A stretch of DNA of 64,000 nucleotides from Pseudohongiellaceae bacterium (GCA_051277005.1 JBNMPS010000001.1:1337-65336); one strand, 5' to 3'; positions 19,987-30,420 are shown, numbered from the stretch's first letter. The notes: generated by a model from the sequence alone, not told the origin. Numbers and translations are program-made.

Positions 19987-20700
19987 GTGACGGATAAAGA
20001 ACAAACAATAGAACCTACTAATGCAAAGCATAGGCGTATTAAAAGCTTTGTATTGCGTACGGGCCGTATGACTGAGAGCCAGCAAAATGCTTACGATGAG
20101 TTTTGGCCAAGTAAAGGCTTAACCGTTGGTATGGCTATGCTGAATTACCAGCAGCTGTTTGCCAATAATAATCCAATCGTTTTTGAAATTGGTTTTGGTA
20201 TGGGGGCATCGCTAGTTGAGATGGCGGCTAATTCCCCGGATAAAAACTACATCGGCGTTGAGGTGCATACGCCGGGCGTGGGTCGGTTACTTCACTTGAT
20301 GAACGAGCAGGGTGTAAAGAACCTATGCGTTTTCAACCACGATGCGGTTGAAGTGCTAGAAAAAAATATTCCTGATAATAGTCTGGAGAGAATTCAAATA
20401 TTCTTTCCCGACCCTTGGCATAAAAGGAAACATAATAAACGTCGTTTGATTAAACCTGAGTTTGTACAAGCCTTGCGACAAAAACTCAAGACCGGTGGAG
20501 TCATTCATATGGCCACTGATTGGGAGCATTACGCCGATCAAATGATGGCTGTATTGAGTGAGTCTCAAGGTTTTGAAAATCAAGCCGGAGAACAAAATTA
20601 TTCAGAGCGCCCCAACTACCGGCCTTTGACAAAGTTTGAGCAACGCGGGCAGCGCTTAGGGCATGGTGTTTGGGATATGTTGTTTGAAAAAATAAGTTAA
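19987..20700 (+). CDS. trmB: tRNA (guanine46-N7)-methyltransferase TrmB
   Basis: FFPDPWHKRKHNKRRL motif and the SAM-binding EIGFGMG. Confidence 0.93.
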   Translation: MTDKEQTIEPTNAKHRRIKSFVLRTGRMTESQQNAYDEFWPSKGLTVGMAMLNYQQLFANNNPIVFEIGFGMGASLVEMAANSPDKNYIGVEVHTPGVGRLLHLMNEQGVKNLCVFNHDAVEVLEKNIPDNSLERIQIFFPDPWHKRKHNKRRLIKPEFVQALRQKLKTGGVIHMATDWEHYADQMMAVLSESQGFENQAGEQNYSERPNYRPLTKFEQRGQRLGHGVWDMLFEKIS

Positions 20701-20716
20701 TGGAAAAGACGACTGT

Positions 20717-20753
20717 AAAAAGGGCCAGCTTTTAACAGAAGCTGGCCCTTTTT
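20717..20753. terminator. bidirectional terminator between trmB and the convergent gene
   Basis: AAAAAGGGCCAGC-loop-GCTGGCCCTTTTT. Confidence 0.75.
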
Positions 20754-20783
20754 AGTTTTTATGTGTTGGTGGTTGTTTGTGCC

Positions 20784-21191
20784 TTACTCGGGCGCTTTGC
20801 TTTCATTTTTTTTAAATTCTAGCGCGACGGGTTCACCAAAATAATTAAAGTATTTGAAGCCTTTATTTCTGGCACCATCAATACTAACCCCTTTCATCAT
20901 AACATTACCATTGGGAAACCAAGCCTCTTGTCTGCCGTGCTCTTTGCCATTTTTAAAACTAAAGGCTTGCATCATCTGGCCGTTGCGGTACCACATCCAA
21001 AAAGGGCCGTTGCGTTTGCCATTGCTATTTACACATTTAACTTGGTAGCCCTTTGGCGGTGATAAGCCTTGTTTTTTTGTTCCTTCGGGACAGTCGTGCT
21101 CAGCAAAAGTGATAGAGCTGGCCGCCATCAATGTGGCGAAAACAATGAATAGGGTTGTTGCTTTTAGTGTTGATGGGTTAAGGCGTTTCAA
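20784..21191 (-). CDS. secreted protein with MORN-variant (YwqK-like) repeats
   Basis: Signal peptide LKATTLFIVFATLMAASSITFA, then repeats of the type G.W..WY.NGQ....F.NGK.HG. The TTG start at 21191 is proposed because the ORF-track start (21287) would overlap the upstream gene by 44 nt. Confidence 0.5.
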   Translation of the reverse strand: MKRLNPSTLKATTLFIVFATLMAASSITFAEHDCPEGTKKQGLSPPKGYQVKCVNSNGKRNGPFWMWYRNGQMMQAFSFKNGKEHGRQEAWFPNGNVMMKGVSIDGARNKGFKYFNYFGEPVALEFKKNESKAPE

Positions 21192-21243
21192 GGGGGTAGT
21201 CTCTTTTGATTGATACGGCGACGTAACTATAGCGAAAAAACGG

Positions 21244-21783
21244 CTACGTCGGTAGCTGAAGGGTTTGATGATAGTCAAAAACAGCATCGATAAATTGTAA
21301 TCGCTGAGCCTCAGTTTCTAACTCGCTTTCTTGGATAACGGGCATGTGTGGAAAGCATTCCATCAGTTGCTGGGCGTATATGCCAGTACCGTTACGTTGG
21401 AGTTCACCTTTTTTAATGATCTTTACATTGCTGGTGCCGCAGCTGGGAGAGCCGCGTTTAAAAATATAGCCCGCGACTAGCTGATGGTTTGACTGCTGTT
21501 GAGCCTGATAGGATAACGCGAGCTCTTTGAGCGGTTGAGTCACATCCATCGAGAATGTTTTAGTGCCAATGCAGTGAACCTCATGATTAATCTCAACCAA
21601 ATTTTTGGTCTCACGGGGTGTGCCAAGACCAATGACCATTTTGGGGAAAATACTGGTCAGGGAAAAATGATTCTGCATGGCAGTAATGATTGCAGGGCAA
21701 TACTCATGATCGCCGTCGTAGCGAACCAGCTCACCCAGCAAGCAACTGCTGATACCAACTTTAGGTTTTTGAGGTAAAGACAA
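21244..21783 (-). CDS. DUF523-family (YbbK/TudS-like) protein
   Basis: The N-terminal GISSCLLGELVRYDG and the later GSPSCG are DUF523 hallmarks. The usual middle CPE Cys appears to be replaced (IFPKM). Confidence 0.55.
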   Translation of the reverse strand: MSLPQKPKVGISSCLLGELVRYDGDHEYCPAIITAMQNHFSLTSIFPKMVIGLGTPRETKNLVEINHEVHCIGTKTFSMDVTQPLKELALSYQAQQQSNHQLVAGYIFKRGSPSCGTSNVKIIKKGELQRNGTGIYAQQLMECFPHMPVIQESELETEAQRLQFIDAVFDYHQTLQLPT

Positions 21784-21792
21784 AGTAAAAGC

Positions 21793-23253
21793 CTAAAAAA
21801 CAGTATTGCCAACGGTAACTATTTTCATAGAATTAGTGCCGCCATGGGCATTGATAAAATCACCTTTGGTAATAATCACAAGATCACCGGGGGCGACTAA
21901 TTCACGATGGAGTAATTGCTCGACCACAGTTTGGTTCATTTCATCTGGCTGTAAACTAGAGGTATCAAAAGTGATTGGGATAACACCTCGATAGAGCGCG
22001 ACTCGGTTTTCAGTGCGCGAGCGGTTGGTGAATGCATAGACCGGTAAACTAGAACTAATACGCGACATGATCAGCGGCGTTTTGCCGGTGTCAGTTAAAC
22101 TGATAATGGCTTTAACGCCGTGAAGATGATTAGCGGTGTACATCGCGGCTAAGGCAATAGATTCATCAATGGCTTCAAAACTTTGATGCAGTCGATGATC
22201 CGATGTGTGCGTTTGCGGCTGGCGCTCAGCACCAAGAATAATTCGGCACATCGCCTCGACGGCTTCAACTGGGAATTCACCGGCGGCGGTTTCGGCACTA
22301 AGCATAACCGCATCGGTGCCATCGAGAACAGCGTTAGCGACGTCAAAAACTTCGGCTCGTGTTGGCATTGAGCTTTCAATCATGGACTCCATCATTTGCG
22401 TGGCGGTAATCACTGGCGTGTTGAGTTCCTGCCCTAGGGTGATAATCTGTTTTTGCACCGCAATTAATTCAGCATCACCAATTTCAACGCCTAAATCACC
22501 ACGAGCGACCATCACAGAATCGGAAACATTAATAATGTCGATAAGTGTTTCAAGTATTACGGCTTCTAATCGCTCAATTTTTGCTACAATTCCCGCATCG
22601 CTGTTAGCTTGCAACAAAAGTTTTCTTGCTTGTAAAATATCGTCGGCAGAGCGAACATAAGAGACCGCTAAATAATCGACATTAATTTGAGCGGCTAATT
22701 TAATATCATGAAAATCTTTTTCGGTTAAGGCGTCAGCCGATAAACCGCCACCTTGGCGATTGATTCCCTTGTTATTTGATAGGGTGCCGCCGTTAATAAC
22801 TTTGCATAGTATGCGGCTACCTTTAATAGATTCAACTTCTAACGCAATACGACCATCGTCTAGCAATAAAACATCACCGGCGGAGCTGTCTTGAGGTAGG
22901 GTTTTATAAGCAATCCCTACTTCTTTGTTATTGCCTGCATTGATGTCGAGGTCAGCATCTAACGCAAAATTATCACCCACAGTAAGTACAACAGAGTTGT
23001 CTGCAAAGCGGGCTATGCGGATTTTAGGGCCTTGTAGATCACCTAAAATAGCGACGGTACGATTATGCTTTTTGGCAATTTCACGAACGGCATCAGCGCG
23101 ATCGATATGATCTTGTGCTTCGCCATGTGAAAAGTTCATGCGCACAACATTAACTCCGGCTAAAATTATTTTTTCTAATACGTCATCTTTGTCGGTGGCG
23201 GGGCCTAATGTAGCAACAATTTTAGTTCGTTTAGATATGTTTTGTTTAGGCAT
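21793..23253 (-). CDS. pykA: pyruvate kinase II
   Basis: RTKIVATLGPATD..NVVRMNFSHG..AILGDLQGPKIR closely parallels E. coli PykA. 486 aa. Confidence 0.95.
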   Translation of the reverse strand: MPKQNISKRTKIVATLGPATDKDDVLEKIILAGVNVVRMNFSHGEAQDHIDRADAVREIAKKHNRTVAILGDLQGPKIRIARFADNSVVLTVGDNFALDADLDINAGNNKEVGIAYKTLPQDSSAGDVLLLDDGRIALEVESIKGSRILCKVINGGTLSNNKGINRQGGGLSADALTEKDFHDIKLAAQINVDYLAVSYVRSADDILQARKLLLQANSDAGIVAKIERLEAVILETLIDIINVSDSVMVARGDLGVEIGDAELIAVQKQIITLGQELNTPVITATQMMESMIESSMPTRAEVFDVANAVLDGTDAVMLSAETAAGEFPVEAVEAMCRIILGAERQPQTHTSDHRLHQSFEAIDESIALAAMYTANHLHGVKAIISLTDTGKTPLIMSRISSSLPVYAFTNRSRTENRVALYRGVIPITFDTSSLQPDEMNQTVVEQLLHRELVAPGDLVIITKGDFINAHGGTNSMKIVTVGNTVF

Positions 23254-24581
23254 TATGAGATCGCTTTAGCAAAAAATTTGGAATTACGTTGAAAGTTATA
23301 CAGTTGTTGCCTCGTGGGCGGCAGTTGTTCGAGATTCCCCTCGATAAAACCCTGCTCTTGAAACCAGTGTGCAGTAACGGTTGTTAACACAAATAAATGT
23401 TGTAATTTTCGCTCGCTCGCTTCTTTTTCTAACGCGTTTAATAAACGTAACCCTCTTTGCCCCCCGCGATAATCGGGATGAGTGGCCACGCAGGCAACTT
23501 CCCCCATTTTGTTATCGGGATAGGGATAGAGTGCGGCGCAGGCCACAATCATGCCATCGCGCTCTAGTACGGTGAAGTGATCAATTTCTGTTTCTAAAAG
23601 TTCACGGGAGCGTTTAACTAGCGTGCCATTTTTTTCTAATGGTTCTATCAGGCCTAAAATTCCGCCCACATCATCGATCGAGGCCATTCTCATCTGGTCG
23701 TAATTATCTTGCGATATTAACGTGCCGGAACCGTCGCGAGTAAATAGCTCCTCCAGCAAAGCACCGTCATCTTGATAGCTGACGCAATGGCAGCGCTCTA
23801 CGCCTTTTTCGGCGCTGTTGATTAATGCGCGAATCAATAATTGTTCTTGATGGTTGTCGCTATCAACTAGCAGTTGTTTTGCGGTACTAATATCGGCGGC
23901 ATTAATGCTGCTGCCATTTTTATCTAGCAGGCCAGGTCTGTCAGAAAAGGCAATAAGTTTATCCGCTTGTAATGCAATCGCTGTTTGAGTGGCGACATTT
24001 TCTAGCGATACATTAAATACTTCGCCGGTAGGTGAATAACCGATAGGCGATAGTAAAACAATTGAACCATCATTAAGATGATCTTCAATAGCCTCGCTGT
24101 CTATACGCCTCACTAACCCCGTGTGTTGGTAATCAATGCCGCCTCTGACGCCGATTGGCTTCGCGATGACCATATTGCCGGAACACACTCTCATTTGTGC
24201 CCCGTGCATCGGAGAGTTAGCTAAGCCCATAGTCAGTAAGGCTTCAATTTGCGAGCGTAAAGATCCCGTTGCATCTTTTACCGACTCTAGCGTGTGTTGG
24301 TCGGTGATGCGTAGATTGTTTTCAAACTGGCTCTCAATATTGCGCAGGGCAACGCGTTCTTCAATTTGTGGGCGAGCGCCATGGATTAAGACTAATTTCA
24401 CCCCCAAGCTGTTGAGTAGGGCAATATCATGAATAATGTTGGCAAAATTACTATGCGCGACCGCTTCACCGCCAAACATCAATACAAAGGTTTTGCCTCT
24501 ATGTGCATTAATATAGGGTGCGGAATTGCGAAACCACTTCACGTAATTTTTGTTGTCTAATGGCGTCTCGTTTTCAGACAC
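23253..24581 (-). CDS. argA: amino-acid N-acetyltransferase (N-acetylglutamate synthase)
   Basis: FVKWFRNSAPYINAHRGKTFVLMFGGEAV N-terminus, an AAK kinase-like domain plus a C-terminal GNAT. 442 aa. Confidence 0.93.
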   Translation of the reverse strand: MSENETPLDNKNYVKWFRNSAPYINAHRGKTFVLMFGGEAVAHSNFANIIHDIALLNSLGVKLVLIHGARPQIEERVALRNIESQFENNLRITDQHTLESVKDATGSLRSQIEALLTMGLANSPMHGAQMRVCSGNMVIAKPIGVRGGIDYQHTGLVRRIDSEAIEDHLNDGSIVLLSPIGYSPTGEVFNVSLENVATQTAIALQADKLIAFSDRPGLLDKNGSSINAADISTAKQLLVDSDNHQEQLLIRALINSAEKGVERCHCVSYQDDGALLEELFTRDGSGTLISQDNYDQMRMASIDDVGGILGLIEPLEKNGTLVKRSRELLETEIDHFTVLERDGMIVACAALYPYPDNKMGEVACVATHPDYRGGQRGLRLLNALEKEASERKLQHLFVLTTVTAHWFQEQGFIEGNLEQLPPTRQQLYNFQRNSKFFAKAIS

Positions 24582-24667
24582 GGTGTTTCCTTGTTAATTA
24601 AGCTGCAGGTATACATGCTTTTATTGTGCGTTTAAATAAGAATGCTGACAAGCTTATAAAGGGCTAG

Positions 24668-25831
24668 TTATAAACAATATCGTCGTATTAACTGCTGTAA
24701 AATATCAATAGCGGGCTGCACTTGAGCCAGCGGCATAAATTCGTTGGGTTGATGAGCTTGATCAATACAGCCAGGCCCCATCACGACGGTTTGCATACCG
24801 AGCTGTTGTAGCAGTGGCGCCTCCGTTGCGAAGGCAACCGCTTGTGACTCATGGCCGGTAAGTTGTTCCACCGCTTTGATCAGCTCTGAATCGGCATGTT
24901 GTTCAAAGGGTGGCACTGAAAGACAAGTCTGTCGCATGCTAATGTTTATTTTCAACCGTTGGGCGATAGGCTTTAAGCGTTTTAGCAGTAACTGGTGTAC
25001 ATCGTCATTATTCATACTGGGCAGGGTGCGTACATCAATATGTAGCTCACACTCCCCACAAATACGATTAGGGTTGTCGCCGCCATGAATGCAGCCTAGA
25101 TTCATGGTGGGTACCGCCACGTCAAATAAAGGGTTTTGATATTGCGCTTGCAGTTCTTTACGAAAGACCATGAGATCCGTCATTACAATGTTCATCGCCT
25201 CTAGCGCATTATTACCTAATGCAGGGTTAGAGGAGTGGCCAGCACGCCCTTGAATTGTAATCGCCTCAAACATAATGCCTTTGTGCATGCGAATAGGGCG
25301 CAAGTTAGTGGGTTCGCCAATGATGGCAAAACGGGCTTTGGGCCCTCCGTGTTTAACGAGTGCTCGGGCGCCATCCATGGTGGACTCTTCATCGGCGGTG
25401 GCGAGAATAATAAGCGGTTCTTTTAAGGGTGTATCTAAAAAGGCTTTTGCGGCTTCTATCGCAATAGGAAAAAACCCTTTCATGTCGGTGGAGCCCAAAC
25501 CGAAGAGCTTATTGTCTTTTTCGGTAATAGCTAAAGGGTTGTTGTCCCATAGTGCTTCGTTAAAAGGAACCGTATCGGTGTGGCCAGAGAAAACTAAGCC
25601 TCCGGGGCCGCTACCTAGCGTGGCGATTAAGTTGGCCTTATTAGGCTTGTCGGGTAGGGGGAGTACTTCACAGGCAAACCCTAAGGTGCTTAACCAGTCA
25701 GCTAATTTATGGATAACCTTTAAATTGCTGTAATCCCATTGCTCAGACGTAGAGCTAACAGAAATTTCGCTGACCAGTTCATGCATCATGGTCATCAGTG
25801 GCGGTACGGTGGACTTCATGGGTGATTCCAA
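24668..25831 (-). CDS. argE: acetylornithine deacetylase
   Basis: M20 peptidase motifs SGHTDTVPF and GLGSTDMKGFF. The length is typical. The start may instead be the internal ATG 4 codons downstream. Confidence 0.85.
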   Translation of the reverse strand: MESPMKSTVPPLMTMMHELVSEISVSSTSEQWDYSNLKVIHKLADWLSTLGFACEVLPLPDKPNKANLIATLGSGPGGLVFSGHTDTVPFNEALWDNNPLAITEKDNKLFGLGSTDMKGFFPIAIEAAKAFLDTPLKEPLIILATADEESTMDGARALVKHGGPKARFAIIGEPTNLRPIRMHKGIMFEAITIQGRAGHSSNPALGNNALEAMNIVMTDLMVFRKELQAQYQNPLFDVAVPTMNLGCIHGGDNPNRICGECELHIDVRTLPSMNNDDVHQLLLKRLKPIAQRLKINISMRQTCLSVPPFEQHADSELIKAVEQLTGHESQAVAFATEAPLLQQLGMQTVVMGPGCIDQAHQPNEFMPLAQVQPAIDILQQLIRRYCL

Positions 25832-26124
25832 GGCTCAATCTGTATTGATCATAGCGGCTGGTGATATCAAATAGTATACGCCATTAATGTGAGTAAAACG
25901 TTTCATGGCGGTGTTACTCGCCTAATGATGGTAGGCAAAGCCTATAGGGAGAGCCGATTTTGTTGCTGCAAATAATAAAAGAGGTGTTTAGCGGTTAATG
26001 GGGGATAAGCCTATACCGGTATGGGCACTGTATGTGAAATTTGAATGACTAAGTTCGTCTTCTCGGATGTCAACTTTTGGGGTGTGCGTTATAAGATATT
26101 ATAAATTGAACAAATCACCGTAAC

Positions 26125-26153
26125 AAAAAAGGCGGCCATTTGGCCGCCTTTTT
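26125..26153. terminator. terminator downstream of the Pit transporter gene
   Basis: AAAAAAGGCGGCCA-TT-TGGCCGCCTTTTT. Confidence 0.75.
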
Positions 26154-26179
26154 GATGAATCGTTTTTTAACGTAAGGTG

Positions 26180-27466
26180 TTACGCAGAGAAAATACCTTT
26201 GAACAAGAAGAAGAATATAATCGCTAAGCCGGCACCCGCTGGCAAAGTAATAACCCAGCTCATGAATATAGTGCTGATGACGCGCAGGTTTAATGCGCCG
26301 ATGCCACGAGCTAAACCTACACCTAATACCGCACCGACTAAGGTGTGGGTAGTAGAGATAGGTAAGCCTGTTGCTGAGGCGAACACAACCGTGGTGGCTG
26401 CACCAAGCTCAGCAGCAAAGCCACGGCTTGGGGTTAGCTCGGTAATTTTTTTACCGATGGTGCCCATGACTTTGAAACCGTAAGTGGCCAAGCCGATGAC
26501 AATACCGCCGCCTCCGAGTAATAAGATCCAGCCAGGTAATGCTGATTTAGCCGCAATGTCGCCGCCACTACCGATAACGCTCACAATCGCTGCTAGTGGA
26601 CCAACGGCATTGGCGACGTCGTTGGAGCCGTGAGCAAAGGCCATGGCGCAAGCCGTAAATATCATCAAAACGGCAAAGAGTTTTTCAACATTGGCAAAAC
26701 GATTGGCATTGGTGGGAATCGCTTCGTTTTTAACGCGGTTAAGCAAGAGCTTGCCGGCGATGGCAACCATAATACCGAGAATGATAGCGGCGGGAATGGC
26801 GTTAGCAAACTTAGAACCCAGGCCAAAATCAAGCTCAATGCCGAGATGCTTTAAGCCTTTTAGTAGGGTAACCATGGCTATCATGAAACCTACTAAGAAC
26901 ATATAAACCGGTACGTATTTCTTAGCGTTTTCAAAAGGGTTGCGGGTATTAAGGATGAGCTTTTGCACGCTCATAAATAAACCGAACGAAATGGTACCTG
27001 CCAGTATAGGTGAGACCACCCAGCTGGCGACGATAGAGCCCACTTTGCCCCAATTAACTGCATCAACACCGATACCGACGGCTGCAAAACCAACCAATGC
27101 ACCCACAATAGAATGAGTGGTAGAAACCGGCCAGCCCATCATGCTGGCGATTAGCAACCACGTGCCAGCCGCTAGTAGGGCGGCCATCATGCCATAGACT
27201 AATAGCTCCGGTGTGCCTGCCATCACCGCGGGGTCAATAATACCCTTGCGAATGGTGGAGGTTACTTCACCACCGGCTAAATAAGCGCCGGCAAATTCAA
27301 AGATCATCGCAATGATGATGGCTTGCTTAACGGTGAGTGCTTTAGAGCCTACAGAAGTACCCATGGCGTTAGCCACGTCGTTGGCACCTACACCCCAGGC
27401 CATAAAGAAGCCGAATACACAGGCCATAATCAAAAAGATATGGCCAGATTGAGAAATGATTTCCAT
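26180..27466 (-). CDS. pit: inorganic phosphate transporter, PiT family
   Basis: Duplicated GANDVANA / GSNDVANA signatures. 428 aa, polytopic. Confidence 0.93.
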   Translation of the reverse strand: MEIISQSGHIFLIMACVFGFFMAWGVGANDVANAMGTSVGSKALTVKQAIIIAMIFEFAGAYLAGGEVTSTIRKGIIDPAVMAGTPELLVYGMMAALLAAGTWLLIASMMGWPVSTTHSIVGALVGFAAVGIGVDAVNWGKVGSIVASWVVSPILAGTISFGLFMSVQKLILNTRNPFENAKKYVPVYMFLVGFMIAMVTLLKGLKHLGIELDFGLGSKFANAIPAAIILGIMVAIAGKLLLNRVKNEAIPTNANRFANVEKLFAVLMIFTACAMAFAHGSNDVANAVGPLAAIVSVIGSGGDIAAKSALPGWILLLGGGGIVIGLATYGFKVMGTIGKKITELTPSRGFAAELGAATTVVFASATGLPISTTHTLVGAVLGVGLARGIGALNLRVISTIFMSWVITLPAGAGLAIIFFFLFKGIFSA

Positions 27467-27492
27467 CGTTGTAATACCTAAAAAAGATTGGG

Positions 27493-28173
27493 TTATCGAG
27501 CGATAATAATTTGTAAGCGACTACCCACTCTTTGGGCCCGGTCGGCAAGGTCGCCAATGGAATCGATAACCTTGTACAAAAACATCACGTCTACGGGAGG
27601 AAGATCCTTTTCTAATTTAAATAGCGCTCCGCGAATGGCAATTTCTTGCTCATCATTGCGGTGCTCTAATCGGTCTAACTCTTCAATGAGTGCTTCAACG
27701 GCGGTGATTTCACGGCCTCGAAAACCGGTTTCAACCAACTCATCTAATTCATTAATAGCCTTAAGTGCTTGAGCCGAAGTGGTGATGGCCTCTTTAACAA
27801 ATTCGCTGAAGCTGTCGGCCAGAGAGGGGGGTATGCTCATTTTCCGGCCTAGCATTAACCCGGAGATGTCTTTAGAGGCATTGGCCACCTTGTCTTGCGC
27901 CGTTAGTACTTCTAATAAATCAGAGCGTGGCACGGGTAAAAACAGGCTTTTAGGTAGGCTAATGCGAATATCGCGCTTAAGCTGATCGGCTTCACCCTCA
28001 AGCTGGGCGATGTAGCTGCGTTTTTCTATCGCCTCATCCCAGTTGTTGGCCATAGCGGCTTCTATAAAAGGTACCAGTGCTTCGGCGCACTGGTGCGCTT
28101 TGGCCATATGGTCTTGTATGGGCTGAAAGGGTGATTTGCCAAACAAATCCCCAAAAGGATTACCTCTTGCCAT
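27493..28173 (-). CDS. DUF47/TIGR00153 PhoU-like protein paired with Pit
   Basis: 226-aa helical protein directly upstream of pit, which is the conserved DUF47-PiT gene pair. Confidence 0.85.
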   Translation of the reverse strand: MARGNPFGDLFGKSPFQPIQDHMAKAHQCAEALVPFIEAAMANNWDEAIEKRSYIAQLEGEADQLKRDIRISLPKSLFLPVPRSDLLEVLTAQDKVANASKDISGLMLGRKMSIPPSLADSFSEFVKEAITTSAQALKAINELDELVETGFRGREITAVEALIEELDRLEHRNDEQEIAIRGALFKLEKDLPPVDVMFLYKVIDSIGDLADRAQRVGSRLQIIIAR

Positions 28174-28286
28174 TAGGTTGTCTCCATAAAAAATTGCGCC
28201 AATTATAGGGCTTAGTTTCGTGCATAGCTACAGGGCGAGATATTGTTACTATCACCCAGTAGCCTTGGTTGATAAAGATGCACTGT

Positions 28287-28337
28287 ATTACATATATATG
28301 ACAGTTTTGTTACGGCGTGTCATAAAGATAATGACAG
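28287..28337 (-). promoter_or_regulatory. candidate Pho-box-like repeats upstream of the DUF47-pit operon
   Basis: The minus strand reads CTGTCATATATATGTAAT (28287-28304) and CTGTCATTATCTTTATGA (28320-28337). The first half-sites match CTGTCAT exactly and the second half-sites are weak. Confidence 0.3.
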
Positions 28338-28425
28338 CTTACTGGGTGCTGTTTCCGCTGAGTATGGGGCAAAAAATGCCAGTAGCGCTGCCGTAGTCCA
28401 TAATAAGCAGTTATAGTACGTTCAG

Positions 28426-30252
28426 ATGACACTTCTTAACCATTCGACCTCAATAATAAAAGAACAAGGAAATGCTATGCAGGCCAAGGCATTTAAAGCC
28501 GAACAGCCCATACAATTAGGGGGCATCGTCGCAGATTTACAAGCAGGCGGTGTGATCTTGCCTGCCGTGGCACAGCAGCTATTATCGGCAACTCGCAGCC
28601 AAGAGCAGGCGGTGATGCATCCGTTTAGCTTTATTGTTAGTCAAAAGATTCTAGCTGGTGATCACAAACCCATTAATATGGAGTGTTTGTTGAGCTGGCT
28701 GGGTGAGCAGTGTCAGCAGTCCTTCTTTAATATCGATCCCTTGAAAGTGAACGTGCCGGCAGTGACTGAAGTGATGTCATACCAGTTTGCTCAGCGACAT
28801 AGCATCTTGGCGGTAGACGTGAGCCGTGAAGAGGTCGTTATAGCCACGGCCGAGCCTTACATAAAAACATGGGAGGCAGATTTAGAGCATGTATTACGCC
28901 GCCCCATTCGTAGAGTCTTGGTAGATCCAGAAGCCTTGAAGCGCTATACCGTTGAATTTTATAGCCTAGCAAAATCAGTGCAGGGGGCCAGTGCCGGTCA
29001 CTTGGCCTCTAGTGCGGGTATTGGCAACTTGGAGCAAATGGTAGAGCTGGGTGAATTAAAAGACCCGGACGCCAACGATCAACACATTGTTAATATTGTC
29101 GATTGGTTATTTCAATACGCATTCGACCAGCGCGCTAGTGATATTCATATAGAGCCTCGCCGTGATATTGCCCATGTGCGCTTTCGTATAGATGGCGTGT
29201 TATACAACGTTTATGAATTCCCCGCTCAAGTAGGAATGGCGGTTACTAGCCGCTTAAAAATCCTTGGACGTTTAAATGTGGCAGAAAAACGTAAGCCACA
29301 AGATGGTCGTATTAAAACTAAAACCCCCGATGGATCCGAGGTGGAATTACGTTTATCAACACTCCCAACCGCCTTTGGCGAAAAAATGGTCATGCGGATT
29401 TTTGATCCTGAAGTGTTGTTGCGTACTTTCGATGAGCTGGGTTTGGCCGATGAAGATTATCGGCGCTGGCAGGCTATGATAGAAAAGCCCAACGGCATTG
29501 TATTGGTGACTGGCCCCACCGGTTCCGGTAAAACGACCACCCTTTATTCCAGCTTAAAAAAGTTAGCCACCTCAGAAGTGAACGTGTGCTCTATCGAAGA
29601 CCCCATCGAAATGGTGGAAGAGCGCTTTAACCAAATGCAGGTGCAGCACAATATTGATTTGGATTTTGCCCGCGGTATACGCGCCCTCATGCGACAAGAT
29701 CCAGACATCATTATGATTGGTGAAATCCGTGATTTAGAAACCGCAGAGATGGCAATACAAGCAGCCCTAACCGGTCACTTGGTATTATCGACGCTACACA
29801 CCAACGATGCTCCCAGTGCCTTCACTCGGTTGTTAGAATTGGGGGTGCCGGCCTATTTATTAAAAGCCACCGTGCTGGGTGTAATGGCACAGCGCTTAGT
29901 AAGAACCTTATGCCCGCATTGCAAAGTAGTCGATGACATCGACGAAAAAGCCTGGCAGCAATTAACCGCGCCCTGGAAAGCGGCCACCCCTAAAAAAATC
30001 TATAAACCCGTGGGCTGCTTAGAATGCAGAAATACCGGTTACATGGGTAGGCAGGGTGTTTATGAAATACTGCCGTTATCAGAATCCGTACAGGATTTAT
30101 TAGACGGTGAGGTAAGTATTAGAAATATCCGCAACCAGGGCATCAAAGAAGGGATGCACACCTTGCGATTATCCGGTGCCCAAAAAGTGGCTGCCGGTAA
30201 TACCACCATTGCCGAAGTGATGCGGGTGGCACCGCCGCCGCAGGATAAGTGA
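28426..30252 (+). CDS. orphan GspE/PulE-family secretion ATPase (T2SS/T4P-type)
   Basis: T2SSE_N-like N-domain, Walker A GPTGSGKTT, LVLSTLHTNDA, and the tetracysteine CPHC...CLEC. No F, G or secretin partners are adjacent. Confidence 0.85.
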   Translation: MTLLNHSTSIIKEQGNAMQAKAFKAEQPIQLGGIVADLQAGGVILPAVAQQLLSATRSQEQAVMHPFSFIVSQKILAGDHKPINMECLLSWLGEQCQQSFFNIDPLKVNVPAVTEVMSYQFAQRHSILAVDVSREEVVIATAEPYIKTWEADLEHVLRRPIRRVLVDPEALKRYTVEFYSLAKSVQGASAGHLASSAGIGNLEQMVELGELKDPDANDQHIVNIVDWLFQYAFDQRASDIHIEPRRDIAHVRFRIDGVLYNVYEFPAQVGMAVTSRLKILGRLNVAEKRKPQDGRIKTKTPDGSEVELRLSTLPTAFGEKMVMRIFDPEVLLRTFDELGLADEDYRRWQAMIEKPNGIVLVTGPTGSGKTTTLYSSLKKLATSEVNVCSIEDPIEMVEERFNQMQVQHNIDLDFARGIRALMRQDPDIIMIGEIRDLETAEMAIQAALTGHLVLSTLHTNDAPSAFTRLLELGVPAYLLKATVLGVMAQRLVRTLCPHCKVVDDIDEKAWQQLTAPWKAATPKKIYKPVGCLECRNTGYMGRQGVYEILPLSESVQDLLDGEVSIRNIRNQGIKEGMHTLRLSGAQKVAAGNTTIAEVMRVAPPPQDK

Positions 30253-30287
30253 TTTTAGCTGCAAGTTACGCGCCCCACTTTCTGATT

Positions 30288-30320
30288 GTCACTCCAGCGA
30301 AAGCCGGATTCTAGAGGCTT
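30288..30320 (+). repeat. REP-like palindromic element, degenerate copy with AGAGGCTTGC tail
   Basis: GTCACTCCAGCGAAAGCCGGATTCTAGAGGCTTGC, compared with GTCATACCGGCCTTGAGCCGGTATCCAGAGGCTTGC at 36510-36545. Confidence 0.5.
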
Positions 30321-30420
30321 GCGGAGCGCAATTATTTAGTAAAATTTCGTATATAAATGAAATGCTGCTTTTTAATAAATGTAAAAATTTCAGCTTAGAT
30401 TAAGTGGCTACCCCAGCTTG

